A program made the translations under genes and the position numbers. Below, piece by piece: positions 19,714 through 31,800 of a stretch of 64,000 nucleotides of DNA. Within the stretch, counting starts at the first letter, position 1, and each line of letters begins with the position of its first letter. This DNA comes from Dehalococcoidia bacterium (GTDB lineage: Bacteria; Chloroflexota; Dehalococcoidia; UBA6926), in contig CAXXET010000006.1 in the NCBI GenBank assembly GCA_963666115.2, positions 352,001 through 416,000 of the forward strand. The letters run 5' to 3'. A model generated the notes under the pieces. The model did not search any database, had not been told where the DNA came from, and saw nothing but the letters and a program-made list of their open reading frames with translations.

Positions 19714-20832
19714 CTAGGTGCGGGCTGCTGCCAGTCCTGCGGCGGCCCGCGCCTTGCTCTCCGCCGCCTTCAGCAGCGCGTCATACGCCTTGATGAAGGC
19801 ATCCACGCCCTCATCCAGCAATTCGGCGTGGACCTTTTGGAAATCTACGCCTTGGGCGGCGATGTCCGAGAGAACCTTCGCAGAACCCGCAGGATCGTCC
19901 CCAATTGTCGAACGCACGGCGCTCACGCTGCGGAATGAGTCCACCGTCGCCGGGGGCATCGTATTGACCGTATTGGGTCCGATAAGCTCATCGACGTACA
20001 GCGTCGCGGTGTAGGCGGGGTTCTTCGTGCTCGTGCTTGCCCACAGCAGCTGCTGGGGACGCGCCCCGCGCGCCGCCTGCGCCCGGAACTCCGGCTCCTC
20101 CGCAAGCCGCAGCGAGAGTTGGAACGCCTGCCGCGCATTCGCCACCGCCGCCTTGCCGCGCAGCGCCAGGGCCTCGTCCGTCCCAATCCCGTCCAGCAGA
20201 GCGTCCACCTTGGAGTCCACGCGGCTCACGAAGAACGATGAGACGGATGCCGCATGTGTCGGGTCTGCCAGCCGGGCAACGCCGCGCGTATAGGCCCGTG
20301 CCGCCGCCTCGTACTGCTCCAGCGAGAACATCAGCGTCACGTTGACGTTCACGCCCTGCGCGATGAGTTCCTCCACCGCGGGAAAACCCTGCGGCGCGGC
20401 GGGAACCTTGATCATCAGGTTCGGGCGGTTCACCTCGCCCCACAGCCGCAGCCCGTCGCTGATCGTCCCCTGCGTGTCGTACGCCAGGTGCGGCGACACT
20501 TCAAGGGAAACAAACCCGTCCGCGCCGCCGGATGCGTCGTAGACGGGGCGCAGCACGTCTGCCGCATCGCGAATATCGCGGATGCCCACGTGCTCGAACA
20601 GGTCTTTGGCGGTGCTGCCGGGATTCGCGGCCATGTACGATGACAGGGCGTCGTCGTATGACGCGCTGCCCGTGACGGCCTTTTCGAAGATGCTCGGGTT
20701 GCTCGTCACGCCGCGCAGCCCGTCCTCATCGACAAGCCGCTTCAGCCCGCCCGTATCGATCAGGTCCCTGTCGATATAGTCGAGCCAGAAAGACTGTCCC
20801 AGATTGCGGAGGTCTTGCAGCGGATTAGACAT
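19714..20832 (-). CDS. tal: Transaldolase (long type)
   Basis: [49 protein letters not shown]. Confidence 0.95.
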   Translation of the reverse strand: MSNPLQDLRNLGQSFWLDYIDRDLIDTGGLKRLVDEDGLRGVTSNPSIFEKAVTGSASYDDALSSYMAANPGSTAKDLFEHVGIRDIRDAADVLRPVYDASGGADGFVSLEVSPHLAYDTQGTISDGLRLWGEVNRPNLMIKVPAAPQGFPAVEELIAQGVNVNVTLMFSLEQYEAAARAYTRGVARLADPTHAASVSSFFVSRVDSKVDALLDGIGTDEALALRGKAAVANARQAFQLSLRLAEEPEFRAQAARGARPQQLLWASTSTKNPAYTATLYVDELIGPNTVNTMPPATVDSFRSVSAVRSTIGDDPAGSAKVLSDIAAQGVDFQKVHAELLDEGVDAFIKAYDALLKAAESKARAAAGLAAART

Positions 20833-20895
20833 GTCTCGTCACCTCTCCTGATTGCCAGCCCAACGTGTCCACCATCCGCCGATTTGCCCTCGTAG

Positions 20896-22092
20896 TCAAG
20901 CGACGGCAACCCTGGCCGGACGGCGCGCCAATGCGCGGCGGTACACGTCGAGAACCTCGTCGGCCACCACGCCCCAATGGTAGCGGGTGACGGTCTCGGA
21001 GCCGGCGGCGGCGATGGCACCCCGCAGTTCCGCGTCTCGCAGCAGCCGCATCAGCGTTGCGGCGAACCCCTCCTCATTGCGCGGATCGGCCAATAGGCCG
21101 TTGTGCTCATTCGAGATGACCGACCTGTGCCCCGCAATATCGGACGCAACGACGGCCCTGCCCGCCGCCATCGCCTGGATGAGCACGATGCCCATGCTTT
21201 CGTTCCCCAACGCCGGGCTGCAAAAGATGTCCGCCGTCCGGTAGTAGCGCGGCAGGTCCTCATCCGAGGCGTAGCCGATGAAATGCACGTCCTCAAGCCC
21301 ACGCTCGCCGATGACCCGCGCGCTCTCCCTGTCCATGTTCCCCGGCCCGACAACAAGCAGCCGGCAGTTGGGGAACTGCCACCGTATCTGCCCATAGGCC
21401 CGGAGCATGTGCGGAAACCCCTTCCGCTTCTCCATCCGCCCCTGGAACAGGATGTTCAGCTTGCCGTCCTGGTACGTCTGGAACGGCTCCGCCCCGGCGA
21501 AGGCTCCCATGTCCACCCCGTTCGGGATGATCGTGTAGTCGCCGGGGAAATAGCGGTTGGCGAATTCTCTCGCCGGTTCGGTCACCGCAATGCGCTCATC
21601 CAGCCTTTGCACCCACCGCTGCAAAAGCGGGCGCGAAAGCCCCAGGGCGCGCCGCCGCTCCGCGTAGGCGTGGAACGTGCCCACCAGCGCCGGGCCGGAT
21701 GCAAGGCGCAAGAACGTCAGCGGCAGGGTAGGGGTCATCGGCTCGTGCAGATGCACCACGTCGAAATTCCCGCGTTCCAACAGGGGGCGCACGTGCTTGC
21801 CCAGCGTCAGCGACACCGTGACTCTTGCGATGGAGCCCGCCGTCGGAACGGGAATGGGGCGTCCGATGATGGCGAGGTTGTCCGCGTCCACGTCGTCGAG
21901 CGGTTTGGATGAGGGCGCGACGATGGTAACCTCGTGTCCGCGTCGGCGCAGTTCGTCGCTCAGGCCGGAGATATGATTCGTCACCCCGCCCGGGTAGGCG
22001 AAATCGTAGGGGGAGACGATGGCAATGCGGAGTGGCCGCGACCAATCGGCCGCGGCCACGTCCAACGTTTCGCGTTCAGCTATGGCGCTCAT
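20896..22092 (-). CDS. GT4 glycosyltransferase, PimA-like phosphatidylinositol mannosyltransferase
   Basis: RIAIVSPYDFAYPGGVTNHI, FDVVHLHEP, VGTFH, IIPNGVD, ESMGIVLIQAMAAG; downstream of ino1. Confidence 0.75.
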   Translation of the reverse strand: MSAIAERETLDVAAADWSRPLRIAIVSPYDFAYPGGVTNHISGLSDELRRRGHEVTIVAPSSKPLDDVDADNLAIIGRPIPVPTAGSIARVTVSLTLGKHVRPLLERGNFDVVHLHEPMTPTLPLTFLRLASGPALVGTFHAYAERRRALGLSRPLLQRWVQRLDERIAVTEPAREFANRYFPGDYTIIPNGVDMGAFAGAEPFQTYQDGKLNILFQGRMEKRKGFPHMLRAYGQIRWQFPNCRLLVVGPGNMDRESARVIGERGLEDVHFIGYASDEDLPRYYRTADIFCSPALGNESMGIVLIQAMAAGRAVVASDIAGHRSVISNEHNGLLADPRNEEGFAATLMRLLRDAELRGAIAAAGSETVTRYHWGVVADEVLDVYRRALARRPARVAVA

Positions 22093-22160
22093 CAGTGTGA
22101 CCGTCGCTTAATGCTAACACGACAGCCCTACCGGCGATGCGCCGTGCAGATTGCGGCTCC

Positions 22161-23294
22161 CTAGAGCACCGCCTCCCGGTCCAGCCTGACCTCGATGTGC
22201 GGCAGCGTATCGTCCGGCCCGCCCTCATTGGCGATGAACTGCTCAAGGCGGTTGCGCGCCTCCTCATCCCGCATTTGCAAAGGCGGAGACTTCATGAAGT
22301 AGGACGACGGCGGGACAAGCGCGCCGCTGATGCCGCGATCCAGCGCGATCTTCGCGCAGCGGATGGCGTCGATGACGACGCCGGCGGAGTTCGGGCTGTC
22401 CCACACTTCGAGCTTCAGCTCAAGATTCAAGGGCACGTCGCCAAACGTGCGCCCCTCCATGCGAATGTACGCCCATTTGCGGTCCAGCAGCCACGGCACG
22501 TAGTCGCTCGGCCCAACGTGGATGTTGTCCGGGTCCAGGTCGAAGTCCAACTGCGAGAGCACGGAATTGGTCTTGGACTCCTTCTTGGACGTCAGCCGCT
22601 CCCACTCCAACATGTTGTAGAAGTCCGTGTTGCCGCCGAAGTTCAACTGGTACGTGTTCTCCAGCTTGACGGCGCGGTCTCCGAACAGCCGCGACAGCAC
22701 GCGGTGAACGATGGTCGAGCCGACCTGCGACTTGATGTCGTCGCCGATCACCGGCAGGCCCGCGTCGCGGAACCTCTTCTGCCAGTACGGCTCCCGCGCA
22801 ATGAACACCGGCACGCAGTTGATGACGGCAACGCCGGCCGCGAGCGCCTGCTCCACGTACCACTTCGTCGCCATCTCGCTGCCCACGGGCAGGTAGCTGA
22901 TCAGGACATCGACCTCGCGCTCCTTGAGGATGTTGAGGATGTCCGCCGTCTGCCCTGTGGCCTTGTCGATCTTCTGTGAGAGAAACTCGCCGAGACCGTC
23001 GTGCGTCATGCCGCGCTCGACAGTCACGCCCGTGCGCGGCACGTCCGTGAACTTATACGTGTTGTTGGGCTCGGCGAAGATCGCCTCGGAGAGATCGGCG
23101 CCCACCTTCGTCGCGCCCACGTCGAACGCCGCCACGAAATTGATGTCCGATATGTGATACGGACCGAGCCGGGGGTGCATCAAGCCCGGGATCGACTCGG
23201 AATCGGACGCGTGCTGATAGTAGTGGATGCCCTGAACCAGGGAGGACGCGCAGTTGCCGACCCCCACGATTGCCACATTGATCTGGTCTCCCAT
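22161..23294 (-). CDS. ino1: myo-inositol-1-phosphate synthase
   Basis: [53 protein letters not shown]. Confidence 0.95.
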   Translation of the reverse strand: MGDQINVAIVGVGNCASSLVQGIHYYQHASDSESIPGLMHPRLGPYHISDINFVAAFDVGATKVGADLSEAIFAEPNNTYKFTDVPRTGVTVERGMTHDGLGEFLSQKIDKATGQTADILNILKEREVDVLISYLPVGSEMATKWYVEQALAAGVAVINCVPVFIAREPYWQKRFRDAGLPVIGDDIKSQVGSTIVHRVLSRLFGDRAVKLENTYQLNFGGNTDFYNMLEWERLTSKKESKTNSVLSQLDFDLDPDNIHVGPSDYVPWLLDRKWAYIRMEGRTFGDVPLNLELKLEVWDSPNSAGVVIDAIRCAKIALDRGISGALVPPSSYFMKSPPLQMRDEEARNRLEQFIANEGGPDDTLPHIEVRLDREAVL

Positions 23295-23549
23295 AAAAAC
23301 CTCCTAGGTCTGCGCAAGGAATCAAGTAACCACATACAGCGCCCCGCGTCAAATCGCCCAGGCGACCCCTATCTGATTCCCCCGCTTCTTGTCGGTTGTG
23401 GCGTTTCACCGGCCAGCGACCACATACCAACGGCGGTCCCGCCCCCACAGGAGGCCCGCATAGCAACTTAGGACAATCCCCGCGCCCTGTTGGAAATCCT
23501 GACGATGCGGCTAAACCAAGCCGCTTGATGCTGTCAGGCGGAAAGTACC

Positions 23550-23747
23550 CTACTTCTCTTCTTCCATCCCCGACTCACGCAGCTTGTTGGCCTCCGCGTC
23601 GCTCAGAATGCGGAACACGGAAGCGCTGGGATCCTCGTCGGCCACGCCGCGAACGGCGGGGCGCCCGTTCTTCAGCGTCACCAGCTTGGGGTTGCGGATC
23701 ACGACAGACTTCCGGAGCTTTAGTGAGTACGCGGTCAGCTCTTCCAT
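23550..23747 (-). CDS. Small basic DUF5679-like protein (Cys-less variant)
   Basis: AYSLKLRK...NPKLVTLKNGRPAVRG...VFRI; GGGAG RBS and TTGACA promoter upstream. Confidence 0.6.
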   Translation of the reverse strand: MEELTAYSLKLRKSVVIRNPKLVTLKNGRPAVRGVADEDPSASVFRILSDAEANKLRESGMEEEK

Positions 23748-23780
23748 GACAATCTCCCTTGCGTAAGACGTAATGAACTG

Positions 23781-23810
23781 ACTCTAGGGTTGACAGTACG
23801 CTCATGTCAA
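23781..23810 (-). promoter_or_regulatory. Sigma70 promoter with TTGACA-N9-TGTCAA palindrome
   Basis: Minus strand TTGACA (23810-23805), 18 bp, TAGAGT; inverted TTGACA at 23790-23795. Confidence 0.45.
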
Positions 23811-23826
23811 GATGCTAACGCGCCCT

Positions 23827-24777
23827 TTACGGGCTATTCGCCCCGAATACGGTATGAGGGTGCCACCTGCCGGAGCCCGTGCGCCGCAGCAGCGCAAGCA
23901 GGGAGCCGTCCGGCGCCAACGCCGCGGCGTTCCCCGCCTCAGGCCCCGGGCAGAAGACGGCATCGGATTCCCCCGGCACGCTCACCCAGTCCCCGGACGC
24001 GGGCGCAAGGTCCATGCCGGAGCGCACCCGCCCTGTGAAACCGGAGCGCACCTGTATGGCGGGCCACCCCGGAAACACGGACGCCAGTGGCGCGACCGCT
24101 CCCGCTGCCCCGTCTCCCGCCAGTGCCTCTTCCGCTTCCTCCAGCCCCAGCGAATTGTGTTCCGTGAACGGCCCCACCCGAACGCGCTGCAGGCCGTCCA
24201 GCACCCCGCCGCATCCCAGTCGCTCGCCAATGTCCGCGGCCAGCGACCGCACGTACATCCCGCGTCCGCACGCCACAGAGAGGCGGACGCGGGGCAGGGC
24301 AAACGACTGCGCGTCGATCCCGTACACCGTCACCGCCCTCGGCTCGCGCTGAACCTCCTCGCCGCGCCGCGCAATCTCATAGAGCCGCTCTCCCTGGTGC
24401 TTCAGCGCGCTGTACATTGGCGGCACCTGCCGGATTTCACCGATGAACTCCGGGATCACCTGCCGGACGTCGTCTTCCGTCACGCCCTCCGTCGTTCTCG
24501 TCTCCAGCACCGTGCCGTCCATGTCCAGCGTGTCCGTGACCGTGCCGAGCAGCACCTCTGCCTCATACCCCTTGGCCAGTTCCTCGATGCGGCTGCTGAG
24601 GCGCGTCGCCTGCCCGAAGAGAATCGGCAGCACGCCCTCCGCCGCAGGGTCCAACGTCCCCCCGTGCCCCACGCGCTTCACCCGGCTCGCCCGCCGCAGC
24701 CGCTTGACCACGTCGAACGACGTCATCCCGCGAGGCTTCCAGATTGAGACAAAGCCGTTCAGATTAGCGTTCGCCAC
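23827..24777 (-). CDS. truB: tRNA pseudouridine(55) synthase
   Basis: KPRGMTSFDVV, GHGGTLDP, QVPPMYSALKHQGERLY, CGRGMYVRSLA. Confidence 0.95.
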   Translation of the reverse strand: MANANLNGFVSIWKPRGMTSFDVVKRLRRASRVKRVGHGGTLDPAAEGVLPILFGQATRLSSRIEELAKGYEAEVLLGTVTDTLDMDGTVLETRTTEGVTEDDVRQVIPEFIGEIRQVPPMYSALKHQGERLYEIARRGEEVQREPRAVTVYGIDAQSFALPRVRLSVACGRGMYVRSLAADIGERLGCGGVLDGLQRVRVGPFTEHNSLGLEEAEEALAGDGAAGAVAPLASVFPGWPAIQVRSGFTGRVRSGMDLAPASGDWVSVPGESDAVFCPGPEAGNAAALAPDGSLLALLRRTGSGRWHPHTVFGANSP

Positions 24778-24804
24778 GACTCTCCCCGCTCGCCGGCTTG
24801 AGGG

Positions 24805-26580
24805 TTAGTAGGACGGCCGCTCCTGCTGCACGTACGTCATGATGATATCGCCCTCTTCGAAGTCCGAGAATCCCTCGATGCCGATGCCGCACTCCTGGCC
24901 CGCGTTCACTTCGCGCGCCTCATCACGGTACCGGCGCAGGCTGGCGATGGGAGCGTCCGTGATGACCTCCCCGTCGCGCAGAACCCGCGCCAGCGACGTG
25001 CGGCGCACCCGCCCGTCCATGACGACGCACCCTGCCACGCGCCCCCCCCGGATATCGAAGACCTGCCGAACCTCCGCCCGTCCCTCTTCAACCTCGTGCA
25101 GCAGCGGCGCAGCCAGTCCGCGCAGCGCGTTATCGAGATCGTCCAGCAGTTGGTAGATGATGGCGTAGTTCCGGATCTCCACCCTGCGTGAATCGGCGAG
25201 GCGGCGAGCCGCCGTTTCGATGCGCGAGTTGAACCCAAGGATCGTCGCGTCCGACGCGGTCGCCAGCAGCACGTCGCCTTCCGTAATCGACCCGACGTCC
25301 GTGTGCAAAATCTTGCTGCGCGTCATCTCGTTGCCCAACCGCGATATCGAACTCCGCAGCGCCTCCAGGCTGCCCTGCGTGTCCGCCTTGATGATCAGGT
25401 TCAGGTCGCGCACGTCCCCGCTGCCGATCTGTGAGGCGTACTGCTCGAGGCTTGAGGGCTGGCGCCGGTCTGCGGTCTCCGCTGCGTCGGCCCGTTGTGT
25501 AGCCGCCGCCCGCGCCTCTTGGTCGGACCTGGCAATCTCCAGCACGTCCCCGGCCCGCGGCACGTCGGTCAGGCCGAGGATTTCCACGGGCATCGACGGC
25601 CCCGCCTCCGCTAGACGCTTGCCGCGAAAGTCCGTCATCGCCCGGACCCGCCCCCACGTCGCCCCCACCAGCACGGTCATCCCCGTCCGCAGCGTTCCCG
25701 ACTGCACCAGGACGGTGGCGACCGGGCCGCGGTTCTGATCCAGCCGCGCCTCGATCACCGTTGCGCGCGCCGAAACCTCGGGATCGGCGCTCAACTCAGA
25801 GATTTCCGCCACGAGCTGCAGGGATTCCAGCAGGTCCTCCAGGCCGTCGCCCGTTCGCGCGGAGACCGGCACGCTCAGCACGTCGCCGCCCCAGTCTTCC
25901 ACCAGCACTTCCTGTTCGGACAACTGGCGCTTCACGCGCTCCGGATCGGCGGCCGGCACGTCCATCTTGTTGATCGCCACGATGATCGGCACGTCCGCCG
26001 CCTTCACGTGGTTGATCGCCTCGATCGTTTGCGGCATCACGCCGTCGTCCGCCGCCACCACCAGCACGGCGATATCCGTGACGTTCGCCCCGCGCGCCCG
26101 CAGCGTCGTGAACGCCTCGTGCCCCGGTGTATCAAGAAAAGTGATGGGCGCGCCGTGGACATCCACCTGGTACGCGCCGATGTGCTGCGTGATGCCCCCC
26201 GCCTCCCCGTCCGCCACGTTGGTCTCACGCACGGCGTCCAGGATGCTCGTCTTCCCGTGGTCGACATGACCGAGAACTGTCACGACGGGCGGGCGCGGCT
26301 GCGCGTTCTCCGTCTTTTCCGCGTCTGCCATCCGCTCGCCCAGCGCGGCGTCCGCGTCCTCCGCCTCCTTGACGTCAAACCCGTAGAACTTTGCGATTGG
26401 TGTCGCGATGTCGGCGTCGATGGCATCGTTCAGGCCCGCCATCACGCCCATGCGCATCAGGTTCTTGATGACCTCAACGGGATTCGCGCCAACCTGCTCT
26501 GCCAGTTCGCCCACGGTGATACCGCGGGACAACTCCAGCACCCGCTCCTCGGATTCCGCTGTCCGTCCCTGTGTTGTCAT
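24805..26580 (-). CDS. infB: Translation initiation factor IF-2
   Basis: [38 protein letters not shown]. Confidence 0.97.
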   Translation of the reverse strand: MTTQGRTAESEERVLELSRGITVGELAEQVGANPVEVIKNLMRMGVMAGLNDAIDADIATPIAKFYGFDVKEAEDADAALGERMADAEKTENAQPRPPVVTVLGHVDHGKTSILDAVRETNVADGEAGGITQHIGAYQVDVHGAPITFLDTPGHEAFTTLRARGANVTDIAVLVVAADDGVMPQTIEAINHVKAADVPIIVAINKMDVPAADPERVKRQLSEQEVLVEDWGGDVLSVPVSARTGDGLEDLLESLQLVAEISELSADPEVSARATVIEARLDQNRGPVATVLVQSGTLRTGMTVLVGATWGRVRAMTDFRGKRLAEAGPSMPVEILGLTDVPRAGDVLEIARSDQEARAAATQRADAAETADRRQPSSLEQYASQIGSGDVRDLNLIIKADTQGSLEALRSSISRLGNEMTRSKILHTDVGSITEGDVLLATASDATILGFNSRIETAARRLADSRRVEIRNYAIIYQLLDDLDNALRGLAAPLLHEVEEGRAEVRQVFDIRGGRVAGCVVMDGRVRRTSLARVLRDGEVITDAPIASLRRYRDEAREVNAGQECGIGIEGFSDFEEGDIIMTYVQQERPSY

Positions 26581-26921
26581 GGCGAGACCCCCTCGCCGCC
26601 CGCGCGGCTCAGGATCACCGCCTGCCCCTCGCGGCGCAGGCGGTCGCGGTCATCCGACGATAGGGGAGCGCTGAGCAGAAGCCGCTTTTCAAGATAGGAG
26701 CCGCGCAGTCCGCGCTCCCAGCATGTGTCCTCTAAGCAGAGATACGCCCCGCGCCCTGAGAGCTTGCCGGAGCCGTCGACGGAGACCCTGCCTGAGGTAT
26801 CGCGAACAACCCGCACGAGCTCGTGTTTTGCCCGTGTCTGTCGGCAGGCGATGCACGTCCGCTGTGGTTTGCGCCGCGCCTCTGTGCCTTGTCGTCGTCG
26901 CTCTCTCGTTGCTGCCGTCAC
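26577..26921 (-). CDS. ylxR: YlxR/RnpM (DUF448) protein
   Basis: PQRTCIACR...ELVRVV...GRGAYLC; located between nusA and infB. Confidence 0.92.
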   Translation of the reverse strand: MTAATRERRRQGTEARRKPQRTCIACRQTRAKHELVRVVRDTSGRVSVDGSGKLSGRGAYLCLEDTCWERGLRGSYLEKRLLLSAPLSSDDRDRLRREGQAVILSRAGGEGVSP

Positions 26922-26923
26922 GT

Positions 26924-28564
26924 CTAGCGGTTGCCGCCTCTCCTCCCGCCGCGCCGCTCGTCTCGGCCACCGCGGAAACGCCCGCCGCGTTCCGGGAAAA
27001 TATCCTCGGCGAATCGAATGCCGCCGCTCGTCTCGCCCTGCCGCTCTGACTGGTACTCCTGCAAGAACGCATCGAAGTCGAACCGCGCCGATTCCTCGTC
27101 GCCCTCTTCGGCCTCGTCGCCGTCGGCTTCCTCCTCCACAGGCTCGCCCTCTGCTTCTTCAAGGGCGCGCAGCAGCGCCTCTTCCTCTTCCTGCAGCTTG
27201 CGGAGCTCGTCTTCGATTTCCTCTTCGGTCTGAGCAGTCTCGGGAGCCGTCGCCTCGATGGTCGCCGCCTCATCGGTGGCCTCGGCCTCAACGGTGGCGA
27301 CGGCCTCCGGCGCTTCGACAGCCTCAACCTCTTGCTCGGCGGCCTCAACTGGCTCAACTGTTGCCACGGCCTCCTCGACGGGCAGCGCCTCCGCTGCCGC
27401 CCCGGTCTCAGCCTCTTCGGCCACGCTCACGGCCTCCGCGACGATGGCCTCAACCTCCGCCTCGTCCGTTTCAACGGCCTGCTCTGCGACGGCGGCGTGC
27501 TCCGGCCCGCGGGCCGTGCGTTCAGCCTCCTCCGCCAACACCTCAGACGTGCTGCGGATGTCGATTCTCCAGCCGGTCAGCCGCGCCGCCAGCCGCGCGT
27601 TCAGCCCCTCCCGCCCAATGGCGAGCGATAGCTGCTGCTCAGGCACCACCACGAGCGCCGAGCGGTCGCCGGTGATCTCCACGCGCGATGTCTGCGCCGG
27701 ACTCAGCGCGTGGCCGATGTACACGGACGGGTCCTCATTCCACGGGATGACGTCGATCTTCTCGCCGTGCAGCTCGTTGACGATGTTCTGGATGCGAACG
27801 CCCCGCAAGCCCACGCATGAGCCAACGGGATCGACGCCCTCCTGCCGCGCCTCCACGGCCACCTTGGAGCGGTAGCCCGGCTCGCGCGCGACGTTCCTGA
27901 TGACGACCGTCCCGCTCATGATCTCCGGCACTTCCAGTTCAAATAGGCGGCGAATCAAATCCCGGTGGGCGCGCGAGACCAGGATTCGCGGGCCGCGAAT
28001 ACCTTTCTCCACTTCCTGGATGAGCACGCGGATGCGCTGCCGCGCATAGTACTGCTCGCTCGGCACCTGCTCCGTATGCAGGAGAACCGCCTCCGTGCGG
28101 CCCAGTCCGATGACGACCTGTCCCTGCTCAACCTTCTGCACCACGCCCGTCATCAACTCGTTGATCCGGCCCGCGTACTCGTCGTACACCTGGTCGCGCT
28201 CCGCCTCGCGCAGACGCTGCATGACCACCTGCTTCGCGGTCTGGGCGGCGATGCGCCCCGCGTCCTCCGGGCTCTCCTCAACGGAAATCGTGTCGCCGAT
28301 GTTGACGCCCGGCTTGATGACGCGGGCCTCTTCGAGCGTGATCTCGTCGTTGGGTTGGGTGACTGTCTCGACGACGGCCTTGTTGACGGTGACGATGATC
28401 TCGCCGGTTGTGGGCAGTATCTGGACGTCGATGTCATCCGTCTCGGCGCCATCGCGCTTGTACGCCGATCTCACCGCGTCCTCGATGGCTTCGAGGACGA
28501 CGTCGCGCGGCAGCCGGCGTTCCGTCGCCAACTGCGTGACCGCGAGCAGGAAATCGCTCTTCAT
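26924..28564 (-). CDS. nusA: Transcription elongation factor NusA with long acidic C-terminal extension
   Basis: GRIAAQTAKQV, AREPGYRSKVAV, DPVGSCVG, SLAIGREGLNARLAARLTGWRIDI. Start MKSDF at ATG 28564. Confidence 0.96.
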   Translation of the reverse strand: MKSDFLLAVTQLATERRLPRDVVLEAIEDAVRSAYKRDGAETDDIDVQILPTTGEIIVTVNKAVVETVTQPNDEITLEEARVIKPGVNIGDTISVEESPEDAGRIAAQTAKQVVMQRLREAERDQVYDEYAGRINELMTGVVQKVEQGQVVIGLGRTEAVLLHTEQVPSEQYYARQRIRVLIQEVEKGIRGPRILVSRAHRDLIRRLFELEVPEIMSGTVVIRNVAREPGYRSKVAVEARQEGVDPVGSCVGLRGVRIQNIVNELHGEKIDVIPWNEDPSVYIGHALSPAQTSRVEITGDRSALVVVPEQQLSLAIGREGLNARLAARLTGWRIDIRSTSEVLAEEAERTARGPEHAAVAEQAVETDEAEVEAIVAEAVSVAEEAETGAAAEALPVEEAVATVEPVEAAEQEVEAVEAPEAVATVEAEATDEAATIEATAPETAQTEEEIEDELRKLQEEEEALLRALEEAEGEPVEEEADGDEAEEGDEESARFDFDAFLQEYQSERQGETSGGIRFAEDIFPERGGRFRGGRDERRGGRRGGNR

Positions 28565-28615
28565 ACGCCCCTCATTTCCGCTGCCAAACACTCCCCCGCA
28601 ACAAGAGCCGCTAAT

Positions 28616-28645
28616 AAAAAAAGTGGGATTGGCGCCCCACCTTTC
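28616..28645 (-). promoter_or_regulatory. nusA operon leader terminator/attenuator hairpin (rimP-leader-like)
   Basis: Minus strand GGTGGG-GCGCCAAT-CCCACTTTTTTT about 50 nt upstream of nusA. Confidence 0.65.
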
Positions 28646-28770
28646 ATACGCGCGGTTCTCGTTGCCTTCTGCCCCAAAGTGTACCATCCGAACCCCCGCG
28701 CGGCAATTCCAAAACCCCCGCCGCCCCTCCGAATCCCCCGCGTAGGCGGAGGCCACCCGCACCTCCGTTT

Positions 28771-28793
28771 TTCCCGCGAAAGCGGGAATCTAG
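28771..28793. repeat. REP-like palindrome type A (TTCCCGC-GAAA-GCGGGAATCYAG)
   Basis: Same element occurs at 53619/54866 (split by the IS) and at 56888-56914. Confidence 0.75.
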
Positions 28794-28872
28794 ACCACAA
28801 TATCACCTTAACATCATCTAAAATCCAAAATAAGTCACCACTCCGTAATACAAAACCTAGTATCCTTGACGC

Positions 28873-31800
28873 ATGGTCACCCTCCCCCACATCCCCACAC
28901 CGTCCGCAACCTGGCGAACCCTCGCCCTAACCATCCTCGTCCTCATCGCCGCCGCCATGGCATGGTCATCCGCCCCCCAGGCCGCCGCCCAATCCGCCCC
29001 CGGCCAGGTCGCATCCGTCACCGTCACCCGCGCCAACGCCACCCTCACCGCCATGTGGAACGCCCCCGCAGGCGCGACCAAGTACCACATCACGTATAGC
29101 TCCGACAACAAGAAGAGTTGGAGCGCAGCCGCCGGCCCCAACGACAACCACGCCGCCACCACCATCGACATCACCGGCATCGACGTCTCGAAGAGCTATG
29201 TCGTCGGCGTCCGCGCGGGAAACGCCCACGGCTGGGGCCAGTGGCGCAACTCGGCGAGCAACTCGCCCGATCCGCCGCCGGGCAAGCCCGGCACAATCAC
29301 CGTGAGACGCGCCGACGGCACGCTCACCGCCTCCTGGGATGCCGTCAACGGCGCGGACAAGTACCACGTCACCTACAGCTCGGACAACCGCAAGAGTTGG
29401 AGCCTCGCCGCCCACGCCCACACCACGACCGGCATCACTTTCAACGTCAACAACGCCCTCACCTATATCGTGGGTGTGCGCGCCGGCAAGACCGTCGGTA
29501 ACGCTACACTGTGGAGCGGCTGGCGCAACTCGTCGTCGAGCGGCTCTGTGGGGCCGCCCGCAGCCCCGGCCGAGGTGTCGACCAACCGGGTCTGCGACAG
29601 CAAGTTCTCGTTCAGTTGGACGCCGGTGGCGGGCGCGACGGGCTACGACCTCGTCAGCAGCCCCAACAACCGCAAGAGCTGGCAGCGTCTGGCCACGAAC
29701 ACGGGCGTGACAGGCGGTGTGTTCACCAGCTGGCAGAAGGACAAGACCTACTACATCGCCGTGCGGGCGCGGAACGCCAACGGGATGAGCGGCTGGACCA
29801 ACTCCGCCGCCGCGCCCGCGCCCGCCTGCAAGGCCGGCAACCCGAAAGCAGTGACCGCCACCACGCACGGGACGGCGGGCGGCAGCATCACGACGACGTG
29901 GGACGCGGGCCATCGCGCCAGCGCCTACAACCTCAACTACCAGGTGGGCTCCAACTGGACGCGCATCGCATCCAACATTTCCGCCACAACGCACACCAAC
30001 ACTGTGACCGGCACGGACGCAGTTCAGTTCGCCGTGCAATCGATCGGCAACGGTACAACGAGCGAGTGGAGCCACGCGAACATCGGCTGGCTCACCGCGT
30101 CCAACCCCACCGCAACCGGCGCAACCCTCGCCCTCGCAGGCCACTCCGGCAGTTGGCACGTCAAGAAGACATCGCCCTCTCCCGCCGGAACATGCTCCTC
30201 CGCCATCAGCGGCGCAACGCACACGCTCTCCACCCTGACCGGCAGCACAACCTACACCGTCACCGCCTACAGCGATGCCGTCTGCGCGAACGCCATCGGC
30301 AGCGCAACCTTCACGACGACCCAGTCCTCCGCCCTCCCCTCCGCCCCCGCCGCGCCAACGCTGACGACTGGCAACGCGCGCCTCACAGTGGACTGGACCG
30401 CCGCCGCGCACAACGGCGCACTCATCACGGATTACGATTTCCGCTACCGCACGGTGGGCACGTCCACCTGGAGCGGCGCCTACATCCAGGGCGCAAGCTA
30501 CAGCCCCGGTTCTCTGGGGAACTGGAAGCAAAGCAACGGTAGCGCGGGGATGGCGCTGGACCTGGGAAACGTCAGCCTCTCCGGCCTGACGGTGACCAAG
30601 GTATCCACCGGCGGCATCTCCAACGTCTATAAGATCAGCGAGGCAGTCGGCGGCTTCCGCCTGAAACTGAATGCGAAGAACGCCTGGAACTATACGCTGA
30701 CGTACCAGGCGCGCTACGCCGCTACCGCCCCGTCCACGAGCAACATGAACACCCACGGCACGCTCTTGTGGGAGCAGTCGGCCGGCTCCGGCTCGTCGTT
30801 CACCAAGGACGCCTCCACACTCGCCCTCCCCGCCAACACCCACTTCTGGGTCACGACGACCGCCGATGGCCGCACGGACATCGTCACGCCCACAATCCAG
30901 GCGGACGCCGCCACCGTCCCCTCTCCGCTGCGCGGCACGGTCACCGGCCTGACCAACGGCACGAACTACGACGTCCAGGTGCGCGCCGTCAACGCCAACG
31001 GCCTCGGCCCATGGTCGCCCTCGGGCACGCTCAAGGCGGGGCTGCCCGCCCGGCCCGCCGCGCCCGCGCTCGTCTCCGGCAATAGCCGGATGACCGTCAA
31101 CTGGGTCGCCGCCAACGGCAACGGCTCCACCATCACCGACTATGACATCCGCTATTCGTCCAACGGCGGCTCCACCTGGACGACCCTTGAGATGAACGCC
31201 GCCGCGAACACCGCCCGCTCCTACACAATCATGAGCCTCAACAACGACACGGCCTACGTCGTCCGGCTCCGCGCCACCAACACCCACGGCGACAGCGTCT
31301 GGTCGCCGTCCTCCGCATCCGTCGAAGCAGGCACGCCCGATCCGCCCACCGCTCCCGCGCTCACCCCCGGCTCCGGCCAGGTCACGGCGACGTGGACGGC
31401 CCCCGCCAACAACGGCTCGGCCATCACCGATTACGATCTGCGCTACTGCTCGACGGCCTGTTCGACGGCCAGCAACTGGACGTTCGTCGAGAACGGCACG
31501 TCCGCGGGCACGACCGCCACCATCCCGAACCTGACCGACGGCACGCCCTACCAGGTGGAGGTGCGAGCCACGAACGGGCGCGGCGACAGCGGATGGTCGC
31601 CTGCCACAACTCTTGCCACCCTCACCGCCAGCCAGGTCACCGGCGTCACGGCCACGCTCACCTTCGCCAAGGGCAGCCACAGCGGCAGCTGGTACCTCAA
31701 GAAGACCGCGCCAACCCCGGCCGGAACCTGCTCATCCACCATCGCCGTGACAACGACGACGCAGAACCTCACCAACCTCACGCGCAACACCGCCTACACC

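Noticed and set aside
28565-28762. N-terminal extension of NusA in the ORF track
   Set aside because: Spans the leader terminator; the real start with an RBS is ATG 28564.
28966-31680. 904-aa antisense ORF
   Set aside because: Shadow of the high-GC FN3 gene; Gly/Arg/Val-rich with no motifs.
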